Assembly: GCA_011109175.1 (NCBI GenBank)
Contig: RDEW01000047.1
Location: forward strand, 364,240 to 428,239
Reading direction: 5' to 3'
Source: Dicyema japonicum
Taxonomy: Eukaryota; Animalia; Dicyemida
DNA length: 64,000 nucleotides
Position 1 is the first letter of the stretch. The number at the start of each line of letters is the position of its first letter. The translations under genes and the position numbers were made by a program. The notes beneath the pieces were generated by a model. The model saw only the letters and a program-made list of their open reading frames with translations. It was not told where the DNA came from and did not search any database. This document shows, piece by piece, positions 10,820 through 21,099 of this stretch.

Positions 10820-13590
10820 AACTGTTTTGGCTTGCATTCAGTATAATAACGTGGCGTCATGCGGTTCATCTGTTGTTGTGGTGGAGCTTAGTGCAAGTTC
10901 TGCATGGAAGATAACCGTTCGACTTTCCCTACCTTTCTGCAATCTTCAGAAGGGTGGCCTACCAACTCTCCCGTTTTCTCTTTACTACTTCTGTCTGGTG
11001 ATGTAGAACCTAATCTGAGACCCAACTGCACGTTGACTATTCTACAACTAAACGTAAATGAAATCCGCAATAAAGTATTGGATTACGATCCCTCCTATTC
11101 CATTTGAGAGTGGACATTGCCCTCATCCAAAAATCGAAGTTCTCTATAAAGTCCCCAACACCTTGTTTTCCTGGATATTGTGTACTTTGCAGGGACCGAA
11201 CAAGAAGTCTCGGAGGAAGATTATTGGCTATCGTTAAAGATGGGCTTAAATTCACGGATGTCACCCCTTCTGTATCTTCTTTCTGCGAAGGGGATCTTAT
11301 TCTGGAACAGATTTCTATTGAAGTTCTTTTTTCTTCGACGAGATGTTATACATTATGTAATGTCTATATCTCGCCTCAGGGGTCATGTACTATTTCCTAC
11401 ATCCCCAACCTATTGAGCCTGGGTGGACTAGAGAATCTGCTACTATGCGGAGACCTAAACGCCAAACATCCACTCTGGCTCCGGACTCAATTAGCCGACA
11501 GTCGCCGCGAATACATCTTTTCCCTGCTCAATGATCTGACTATCCTTAATGATCCGGACACCCACACAAGGACCCCGTCCGCAGAAGGGACAGTCCAACA
11601 TCCTCGGACCTGTCCCTCTGTTTTCCCTCTATGGCTGGATGTATTTCATCGTTATGGTTTCTCAAGCGACCATAACCCGATTGTGTTGAGACTTAAAAGG
11701 CCTATTTGTTCACCGTGTTGTTCTACAAAGTTTAAAAATTACTTGAAAGTTGACTGGCAAGGTTTCAGGACATATGTGGACATTAGTCTTCTTGACCTTA
11801 CTATGGTTTATTGTACAGTAGAGAAGACGGCCAAGATTCTGTCCGCTATCATTCTGAAAGCTGATAAACTATTTATACCTGTCGCCTCTTACAAGAAGTT
11901 CAATCCAAGATTATCATCACAAATTGTGTCACTCATCAAGAAACGAGATGCGCTGAAGAGGCAAAGAACACAGACCAATAACTCTTTCTACTCCATACGT
12001 TTACTGAATACCAAATTATCTGAGCTTATCCGAACTAACAACAGACTCAAATGGAGCTCCCTAGTTGGACGATTATGTCACAAAAAACTCTTGTGCCACT
12101 TTTTGGAAAATGCTAAGAAGGATCAAAAGCCTTATCAATGAGAAAGACCGCGGAACTGAGGCCGTTACCNAAAAGCCTTATCAATGAGAAAGACCGCGGA
12201 ACTGAGGCCGTTACCCGCAACGCTTCGGAACCCAGTCGCAAACTCGCAAACAAGATTATGAAGTACTACGTATCGATCAGCCATAAAAAGTTTTCTCGTT
12301 CTACATTTGTTGAACGGCGCCGGCCACAACAAGAACCATATTCCACCTTCTTCACCCCCGATGATGTTGACAAGGCTATTAAATTGCTATGTCCCACTAG
12401 TGCTTGTGGTCCCGATGGTATTTGCATTATTCACCTCAAACACCTTGGACCTCAGACACGGGCCATACTATCAAGACTGTACAATGACTCTATCAACTAC
12501 CATACGCTACATAATATATGGAAAAACTCCCTGATTACGCCAATCCTAAACCCCAGAAAACCAAAAGACGTTCCCTCTTCTTACCGCCCCATCTCAATAA
12601 TTTGTGTTTTATCAAAAGTACTGGAAAAGCTTGTGTTAATGCGCATCTTTCCTGTTCTACATCTACCAGAGTTTCAACATGGTTTCAGGGCAGACCGTTC
12701 TACAACGACTCATTTGGGTTCTATCTCCCAGTTTATTACTGACGGCTTCAACATGAGAACACACTTACGGACGGCCTTAGTATCCATCGACATACAGAAG
12801 GCTTTTGATTCTGTTCCGAGGAAACTCCTAACGCATAAGATTTTTAACTCGAACTTACACCCGAACATCAAGCTATGGCTGGAAAATTTCTTAACTGAAC
12901 GACGCGGAAGGGTCCGGATCGACAAAACCACTTCAAAATCAAGACTACTCCCTAATGGGGATCTGCAAGGCTCCCCTTTATCTCCTCTCCTTTTAAACCT
13001 ATTTCTACATGACCTACTTACTACTAATGACCAGGACACTATGTTTATATCCTATGCGAACGACCTAATTATCGCTACAAGAGATAAATCTCCTTCCATG
13101 ATAGTAGCAACTGTTCAGACACACCTAAACCGAATTTGTGACTGGCTATCTGCAAATATGTTAGTGTATCAGGATCCATGTCTCAGTTCACATTATTCAC
13201 TACGGACAGAAGGTTTAATTGTGGGCCTGAGATATCCATCGGAAATATTCCCATCCCTTCTACGCGGATCTAGAAGATCCTTGGTGTAGTTTTTAACTCT
13301 TTGTTGACGTTCTCGAGTCACGTGGAGGAGGTGCTTGCCAAGGGTCTTCGGAAAAAGAACATTCTGAATGCGATGATAAAGAAGAGCCTTTTCCCCAGGC
13401 CGCTTGCGTCAGCAAGGTCTATCAACAAGTCATCGTACCAACCATTGAATATGCCTGCTCCGCCTGGAGGTTTGCGATTCCCCTTTCGAGAGTGGACCGT
13501 TTGAACTCCCTCAGGCAAGAATTATGCACCACACGGACATCCCTATTGGCGACGTTGAAAAATGGCCAGGGTTTCCTAAGTTCCTGCAAG
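10820..13590 (+). mobile_element. Ingi-like non-LTR retrotransposon (5' pseudoknot, degenerate 2A, APE, RT), 3' end missing
   Basis: LLLLSGDVEPNLRP followed by LTILQLNVNEIRNK; APE ORF 11104-12141 (CGDLNAKHPLW, SSDHNPI); RT ORF 12138-13289 (ACGPDGI, SYRPISIICVLSKVLEK, FQHGFRADRST, DIQKAFDSV, LQGSPLSPLL, SYAND). Confidence 0.9.
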
Positions 13591-13599
13591 GAATTGCGC

Positions 13600-14780
13600 T
13601 AGCGACATAATACGTCACCTGCATAATCTAGACTCATCATTTCTGGAATGTCGGATAAAAACAAGTTGAACAATGCAGGGGACAGTGGAGATCCTTGAGG
13701 TACACAGCTCGGTAATAGGCGAGATGTTTAATTATGACTGCTTCACCATACTCCCCACGTCGTCAGGAAAGAAAATCGCTCAGCCAAGGTTTTACATTCG
13801 GATTAATAGAAGTCTCAAAAACCTTTTTTGTTAACAGAGGCCTTGAGATCGAGTCGAATGCTTTTTGAATGTCCACGGAGAGCAAGACTATTCGCATATA
13901 GGTTTTTGATGTGTTGAAACCATCGGTGATAATTGGGAGACAAATCCTAGATGCGTCGTAGTTGAGCGACCTTGTTCGAAGCCATGTTGGAAAGCAGGTG
14001 ACAGAAGATCCCGGAAAATTATTTTTAGAACAAACTTTTCCGACATTTGGACATTGTGAATGTATGAGAGGGAGATCGGGCGGACGAAGCAGAATCATCT
14101 TTTGGCTTTTTTGTTTTCAGCATAGGTCGGATCAAGGGATTCTTCCAGATATTTAAAAGAACATGTGTGCTGATAGAATAACTGTAAAAGTCCGTTAATA
14201 CAACCTTGGCACGTAGTCCAAGATGTTTAAGTTTGATCATCGGGGTCAAGGGCAAATGGAATCACGTGCAGTAAAGTACTAGAATCACCAACCTCAACAT
14301 GTTTGAAAAGGTAATTGTGAGTGTGAGTTTTGGATTGCAGTACCCCATCCGTACGGAACGATCGAAGTCCTTGTGGCTTATGAGGACGTAGTGTTTTATT
14401 AGTTTATTCACGTGATCTTAGGTAGATTGTAGGTAGATTGTCGGAGACAGGACTGCCTCCTCATTGATATGACTGTTGATACTTCATAGCGTTTTCCATT
14501 TCGATGGCGAAAAGGATATGCTACAGAGATCTGTTCCAAGGTATCAAACCCCTTCACCGTGAATACAATTCGGCTCCTGATAATTGTTGAAAGTCCTCCA
14601 CCGCATTCACCATGTCCTTTCAAATAATGCGGACTCGTAAGGTACAATCCGTATTAGACTGTTCCAAGGTATCAAACCCCTTCACCGTGAATACAATTCG
14701 GCTCCTGATAATTGTTGAAAGTCCTCCACCGCATTCACCATGTCCTTTCAAATAATGCGGACTCGTAAGGTACAATCCGT
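13600..14780 (-). mobile_element. Decayed Ingi-like LINE fragments (APE and RT)
   Basis: IITDGFNTSKTYMRIVLLSVDIQKAFDSI, WKNPLIRPMLKTKKPKDD, GGGLSTIIR, VPQGSPLSP on the minus strand. Confidence 0.8.
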
Positions 14781-14864
14781 ATTAGAGCACACCAGAGTCC
14801 AGATCAAGGTGAACAGTGTTGTCCAACTTGAGGTTGCGGGCAAAGATGAGGTCGCTGTTAGACT

Positions 14865-14926
14865 GCGTCGGGATCATGTGATAATTAGTTTGTTTTTACC
14901 GTGGTCTTAGGTTGTTAAATAAATAA
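14865..14926 (+). mobile_element. Isolated 3' terminus of an Ingi-like element
   Basis: gggatcat..taattagtt..gtggtctt stem-loop followed by a ttaaataaataa tail. Confidence 0.5.
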
Positions 14927-15679
14927 TCTGGTTATGTGACCCGAGGTTTTATGAAAAAGTTTGATTTATTGTCTTCCAATGTTAATATTTTTTAAACTAA
15001 CATAATTCGAACTGAAACCTTTGTGTATTCAGCGTTTTTTTATTTAATGTCAATTAGCATCATGTGTATAATTATGATAAAGATCATCCTGACANNNNNN
15101 NNNNNNNNNNNNNNNNNNNNNNNNNNNNNNNNNNNNNNNNNNNNNNNNNNNNNNNNNNNNNNNNNNNNNNNNNNNNNNNNNNNNNNNNNNNNNNNNNNNN
15201 NNNNNNNNNNNNNNNNNNNNNNNNNNNNNNNNNNNNNNNNNNNTTTTTAAACTAACATAATTCGAACTGAAACCTTTGTGTATTCAGCGTTTTTTTATTT
15301 AATGTTAATTAGCATCATGTGTATAATTATGATAAAGATCATCCTGACATATCATCTTTTGCCTGACAAAATTTGAACTCAGATATTTCGCAGTCGACAG
15401 TTCCTTAGATCAGAACTTCGGGTTTTTAATTTTCAAAGTGAACTTTTCAAGAAATTAATCAATGTATACGAGTGAATAACTAAGTTCATGACCTTTTTAT
15501 TTGCCCAAGATCGTCAGGACCCGGCGTAGTCGTGCAGAATCTCTAGAGTGACTTTACTCGTAGACACGGTTCCTGGTAGTCACCAAATTCTTATTCAAAG
15601 CAATGTAAATAAAGAAAAAAAATTAATTCAACAATTAACGAACAAATCAAAAAAGCAAGAGTCTTGCCGGAAACTAGTA

Positions 15680-16288
15680 TCACGAACGACTTCTCCTGTG
15701 TCTTCTATTGTGGGTAGCACTTCGAGGACTGCCTCTTGGTAACCTCCTTCGAACTGGAGATCTATGACGTCTGTGAGGGGATCTGGGCCTTCTTGAACGA
15801 ATTGGGGAATGACGAGAATTATTATTCCGATTTGTGCTCACCAGAGACATAAAAATTTGTCTTCCGTCGATTTGTCCCTCATTCATATGTTTGATGGCAT
15901 CTTCAGCCGATGTGGGCTTCTCAAAGGTTACATAAGCGTACCCCCTGGAAAATTGAGGATGAGAAGAATCGATCGGGAAATTGATATTGAGGATATCTCC
16001 ATAGACTCCAAAAATCTCTGAAATATGTTCTTTGTTTATATTCTGAGTCAATCCACTGATGTAAACTTGAACTGCTTTTGTGGGGGGAGACACTGATCGC
16101 TTCTTTGGGGAAGGAGGTCGTTGTTTCGTTTCAACTGGACGAGAACTGACAGACTCAATAACTGCAGCAGCATCGGGAGAACTGCTTCGACTGGATGACC
16201 CGGAAGAAGTGAACGATGAACTCGAAGAACTTTTACTTCTTTCAGACGAATCTCTGCTACAGGATCTTCGTTTGTTATTTGAAGGCAT
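15680..16288 (-). CDS. RNPS1: RNA-binding protein with serine-rich domain 1 (EJC-associated ASAP/PSAP subunit), intronless, 202 aa
   Basis: Ser-rich N-terminus; RRM VYISGLTQNINKEHISEIFGVYGDI...HPQFSRGYAYVTFEKPTSAEDAIKHMNEGQIDG; Arg/Ser/Pro-rich tail. Confidence 0.93.
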   Translation of the reverse strand: MPSNNKRRSCSRDSSERSKSSSSSSFTSSGSSSRSSSPDAAAVIESVSSRPVETKQRPPSPKKRSVSPPTKAVQVYISGLTQNINKEHISEIFGVYGDILNINFPIDSSHPQFSRGYAYVTFEKPTSAEDAIKHMNEGQIDGRQIFMSLVSTNRNNNSRHSPIRSRRPRSPHRRHRSPVRRRLPRGSPRSATHNRRHRRSRS

Positions 16289-16419
16289 TCAGCAAACGTT
16301 AATTATATTTTTAAATTTAGTTTTATATTAAATTTAAATATTTTAATTAATTGATCTTATTAAGACCTCTTCATTTATTTAAAATGATAAATAAATAAAA
16401 TTTGTGATATATCAGTCCA

Positions 16420-16640
16420 ACGGAACAATCGCTCCCGAGGAAGATCAGAATCGGACTGGCTCGCCTACGATGTGGACACCACCCTTTTCTGGCTGGCAGA
16501 GTAGTTCGGGACTTTTTTCCCTGCCCTGGACCACCGGATGCAAAAGTCGAGGATTTCTGGGAACGGCCTGTCCGGACTGCACGCTCTCTGATGGTCGCCG
16601 GCTTCCCACTTGCTGGCGAAGCCGAGGTTAATAATTTAAA
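16420..16640 (+). mobile_element. 3' end of a second Ingi-like LINE subfamily
   Basis: Frame reads GLARLRCGHHPFL...VRDFFPCPGPPDAKVEDFWERPVRTARSL, resembling an Ingi/I-group C-terminus. Terminal hairpin ggcttc..gaagcc plus gaggttaataat. Confidence 0.6.
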
Positions 16641-16726
16641 TTTAATTTATACTTGTGCAGCACTAATTGCTGGACGCCTAAGGACGGTCAGCATCCTACA
16701 AGGTAGTGAGGTCTTGGTTAATCACA

Positions 16727-17355
16727 GTGACCGGTTCTAAACGAGTGACCGGTTCTAACGCTAGGTTGAGAACGAGGCGCAAAATCGATTTAACCGTTAA
16801 AACCGTTTAACGTATGACCGAAAGTTAACCGGTTTAGACAGTTAAATCTGAGCTGTTAAGTATCGAAACCTAACAAAGCATTATTACTATTAACTTATTA
16901 ACCCCGGATATACCGAGAAAGAAGTTAAAGTAAACAACTAATTAAGTGTATCCAGTTTCTATTTCTATTATTACCATCATTTCGACAGCAATGCTAACGG
17001 AGCGATTTTTCTAAAAAAATTGAAGTTTTTTTTATAATTTAAATTTATAAAAAATTTTAAATCTGAATTAATGAATGCTGAGAATAATTGAGAAATTTTA
17101 ATTTCTTAATGAGTCGTTATTCTTGAGTCGTCTAGGGAATCGAATACACTAACAGGAGACCCTCGTGAGTGCTGCTGGTTATTTGAGCAAATTTCGCTCG
17201 CTATCCTGAGAGGGTATCAAGACAGGCAGCCGGTGTATAACCGTTTACTCTCTTTTCTTTCTTTAATAAAAGTTTTATTTAAAAAAAATGCGCTAATTAA
17301 TATATTCAAGTTTTACGTGAAAATCGATTTTTGCGCCTCTTTCTCAACCGGTCAC
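16727..17355. mobile_element. MITE-like non-autonomous DNA element with imperfect ~40-bp terminal inverted repeats
   Basis: Left gtgaccggtt..ggttgagaacgaggcgcaaaatcgattt versus right aaatcgatttttgcgcctctttctcaaccggtcac (17321-17355); non-coding interior. Confidence 0.65.
16891..16966 (-). mobile_element. 3' tip of the bipartite element/LINE inserted into the MITE
   Basis: Reverse complement of 8757-8830. Flanked by attattactat (16880-16890) and attattaccat (16967-16977), a probable 11-bp TSD with one mismatch. Confidence 0.7.
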
Positions 17356-17689
17356 AATAACTAAGTTTATTAACGTCCGCAGGGTAAAGGTAATATTAAG
17401 CGACCAAAATTAAAATCGCGATACCTCTCAAATGAAGACAGCATGGATCTCCGTTGATTCCAATATTGTTTAACGTGCTTACAGTGACCACCTTCCCACC
17501 CGAGTTACCCAAAACTTTATCCTTTTATCCTATTCAGTGTACAAGCAGTACATCAAGCCATGCATTTTTTGCGGTAAAAAAACCCATAAATCTACTAAAA
17601 ATGTTGAGAAATCGCAGCTATTTAAAAAAGTGCATAAACAGCTACGGAGCAATGGGCTTTAGAAAAAATTGCCACTCGAAAACTATGGA

Positions 17690-18530
17690 CTTAACCCGCC
17701 CATCGGAATACCTAACAATTCTGTAACTAAACTTTAATGGAATTTTTATACTCTCACGAAGTGGACATTAAATTAATGCAGGAAAATCGATTCTCACAAC
17801 CACGTCCTACTCCTTTATTCAAAGGATTCTCATCTATTCGCATGGACCGTCATAATGGGACGAACGGAGGAGGGGTTATCACATTCGTGAAATTATCTCC
17901 TTCAATAATAAAACCGAATCAACACGCTCCAGATTTCTATCAGATCCCCATTTGGAGGTTATCTCGATGCTGATGACAATCAACAAGGTGGCGTAAACAA
18001 TCACCAACCTATATATTCCCTTTCCTCCAAGTTGTTCGAAAGGATAAAAACCTGACCTTTTTGGATCTCGTCCTTGAAGAATATAATCGTGTGCGGGGAC
18101 TTTAATACCAGGAATCCTCTATGGTCTGCCGGTGAGAAACCGGATCGACAAGCGGAATATGTCTCGTCGGAGATTGAAAGCCTCGTCGTCATAAATGACC
18201 CTCTGTAACAACTCCCCTGATATCTCTAGTTGTCCTGCTCAGACTTTCCATCTGATCACAGCTCGACATTGTTGAAGGTCAAAACATTCAATCAAAGTCG
18301 ATTCGCTAAAAAAATCAACTAGAAATGTTCAAAATTGAACAGTGCTTTTCGGACTTTACAGTCAAAAATTTCCGCTCGGTTGATTCTGCAATTAAAGTCT
18401 TCAACAAATGCATAGTCACAGCAGACAGAAAATACGTTCTCAGGGTATTCACCTCAGGGGTAAAACAACTCATTGATTCTAGGAGAAAATTTCCCCGGGA
18501 CCTCAGGTGAACATCAGAGACTTGTGGAAG
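17690..18530 (+). mobile_element. Decayed APE endonuclease region of an Ingi-like LINE
   Basis: YLTIL*LNFNG, LMQENRF, FKGFSSIRMDR..NGGGVITFVK, IVCGDFNTRNPLW. Confidence 0.75.
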
Positions 18531-19999
18531 CGTCCAGCACTATAAATTCGTTAAGCATCTTAGGTATTGAGAAACATTGTTTTCTCATGGACTATTCAAG
18601 GTGCTCAGGAGTAGGTTCGGCCTAAAGCATTAAAGCAAAAATTAATGAACTTAAATATAAAATAGTTATTAAAGTCATATCAATTTGTATGTATGATAGC
18701 TGCCTGTGTTCGAAGCCTACAATGTGCTCATTGCGTATCAGTTTTTACTTTAAAAAATAGTTTTCTAATGAGAAAAATATTCGGAATAAGAGCTCAGAAT
18801 CTAAACATGAAAATTTGTCAACTTCCTCAATGCAGACGTACTTTATTAGACAATTGCAGACTATAAAAGTTATCTTAGTAGTTATATTAATTTATGTTTG
18901 GCAACTGGTTGGGAGAGAAAGGTATTTCGCTGTTAGTCAGCCTATAATTTTTTTTGAAAAAAAAATTTTTTTGCAATTTGAACTAACTATTTCTATCCCA
19001 AGTGGTTTTCCTGCAAATCTTATAGCACTTTAAGTCAAATGGTCATTTAAGGTTTATCTAACAAAAACAAACTCTCATCATTAATGGTGCGAAATAAGGC
19101 TTTGCTAAGAAGGGACAGAGCGAAATCCGTCGATCAAGTAGGTAGCGGACGCTCTATTTATAAAGCACAGTTATGATAATCAATTCAAGATATCTAGCGC
19201 ATTCTAGTAAATTAATTAACTTTATATATTAAAATTTAATTATTTTTAAAGTAAATATCAAATTTGAATCCATCTTCTTGTGCGCACAATCTAGCAGCGG
19301 TAAAAAGATAGTCACTTAGGCTAAAATAACATCAAATGTGACCGATTTAAATATTTCTGGCAAATAAGAGGTCCCTCATTGCCTGTAACTAACTCTACAA
19401 GCCTTCTTTCCGCCCTTCGGCAGATAGTCCTAGAGAAGTGCAGATGGGAGGCTGAGAGCCCACCGGACTGCAATTAACTATAAAAACACAGGAATTATGA
19501 AATCCTTAAGAGGAGGGAGACTAAGACTGTGGTCGTCAATCCATTCTTCCAGTCTGTCCACGTGCTCATTGCTTATCATTTTATTTACTAAGAAATAACA
19601 GCCAGCTACTTTTGGGGACGTTTGGGGAGGCTATGACTGTCCCCATATCTTGAAGGTTGCACTGAATCTTAAATGACTAAAATGAAGACCGAAAGTAGTT
19701 GAGAATCTATTTTCTGTAGTTTATGGGTGTATGAACGTGCAACGCTGCAATATATTTTAATGAAAACCCGATTGATGACGATAATTCGTCGATGGTTCCA
19801 AGAGCCTCAAATATTTTATCGGTTTTTGGCCTTCGTTCACCTGTAAATAAACTTGATTTTCCTGAGTCTCCTCTCCGAGTATAAATTTTCGAATAACGCC
19901 TAATTTAATTCGTAAATGAACCACCTCACAAATCCCAACATTTTAATTTATTTAAAATTTATTTTCAAATTATTATTTTATAAACCTACTATATAGGCG

Positions 20000-21070
20000 G
20001 TAGTGAGACATCTCCCTGATTTGAAAAACGACCGGGGTCGATAAAGATTATAATTTCTTTATCAAAAGATGCACTTCATTGTACTAGTCTATGTGTCGTG
20101 TATTACAGAAAGGCATCACTAACCCGGAAACGATCCTGATTGGGCCTGCACCGGGCAACTTATTTGATCCCAAAACTGGACAACCCTCAGTCTGCTACAG
20201 ATTATCGACCGATAACTTGCATACCAACCCTGTATAAACTGATGACCAAATTGGTGGCTAATGAGGTCAGGAGCTTTGTAGAAGCAATTGGGATTCTCTC
20301 CGAGAATTAGTTGGGTACTGTGCGAAATTGTCAGGTGGAAAAAAAGAAGGCTTTGATCAACAAGTGCCTTTCTTTGTCTCACGGAAACTCACTTTTGTCT
20401 ATCTGGGTGGATGTGAAGAAGGCTTACGATTCAGTTGATCATTCTTACTTTGTCGAGTGCCTACACAGGCTGTGTATGCCTGTGTGGTTCATCAGTTTTG
20501 TAGTGGCAGTGATGAATAGGTTGAGTATTCATCTAAACTATAATGGGCACCGGATAGGCGAGGTAAAACTCAAGAGGGGGATCCTCTAGGGGGATAGCAT
20601 GTCTCCGCTGCTCTTTGTTCTCTGTTTGGAGGCATTGAGTCGCCTCCTCAATGACCGGTTTGAGAAAATACCAGTTCATTGTGAAAAGATTTGTTTCAGT
20701 ACAAATCACCTTATTTTTATCGATGACTTGAAAATGTATGCTCGAACAGCCGAAGAGCTCTACTCCATGAGAGTCTGTGCCAGGGAATTATTTGAGAGTA
20801 TAGGACTAGATTTTGAATTATTTGAAGTCTGCGACCAACAAGCAAGTATGTAGCGAGTTAATAAGACTCCTAGAGAAACACGATGGATACAAGTATCTGG
20901 GTGCTACCGAAACTCCAAAGTCCCTTATAATGCCTAAGACAAAGCGACAAATTACTGAAGGCAATTCGTAGAAAAGCAGCGTTATTATGTAAGACGTCTT
21001 TAAATCCAAGAAATTTGCCCCTAGCATTAAATGAGTATGCTGTTTCGGTGCTAAACTACTACATAGGTGT
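20000..21070 (+). mobile_element. RT fragment of an REL-endonuclease (R4/Dong/NeSL-like) non-LTR retrotransposon
   Basis: YRPITC, QLGTVRNCQ, WVDVKKAYDSVDH, KRGIL*GDSMSPLLFVLCLE, NHLIFIDDLK, GYKYLG. Confidence 0.85.
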
Positions 21071-21099
21071 ACTATAATTATTTTAATCTAAGATTAAAT

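Noticed and set aside
14790-14850. Possible degenerate 2A on the minus strand (RNLKLDNTVHLD...)
   Set aside because: Too degenerate, and the adjacent plus-strand sequence looks like an element 3' end.
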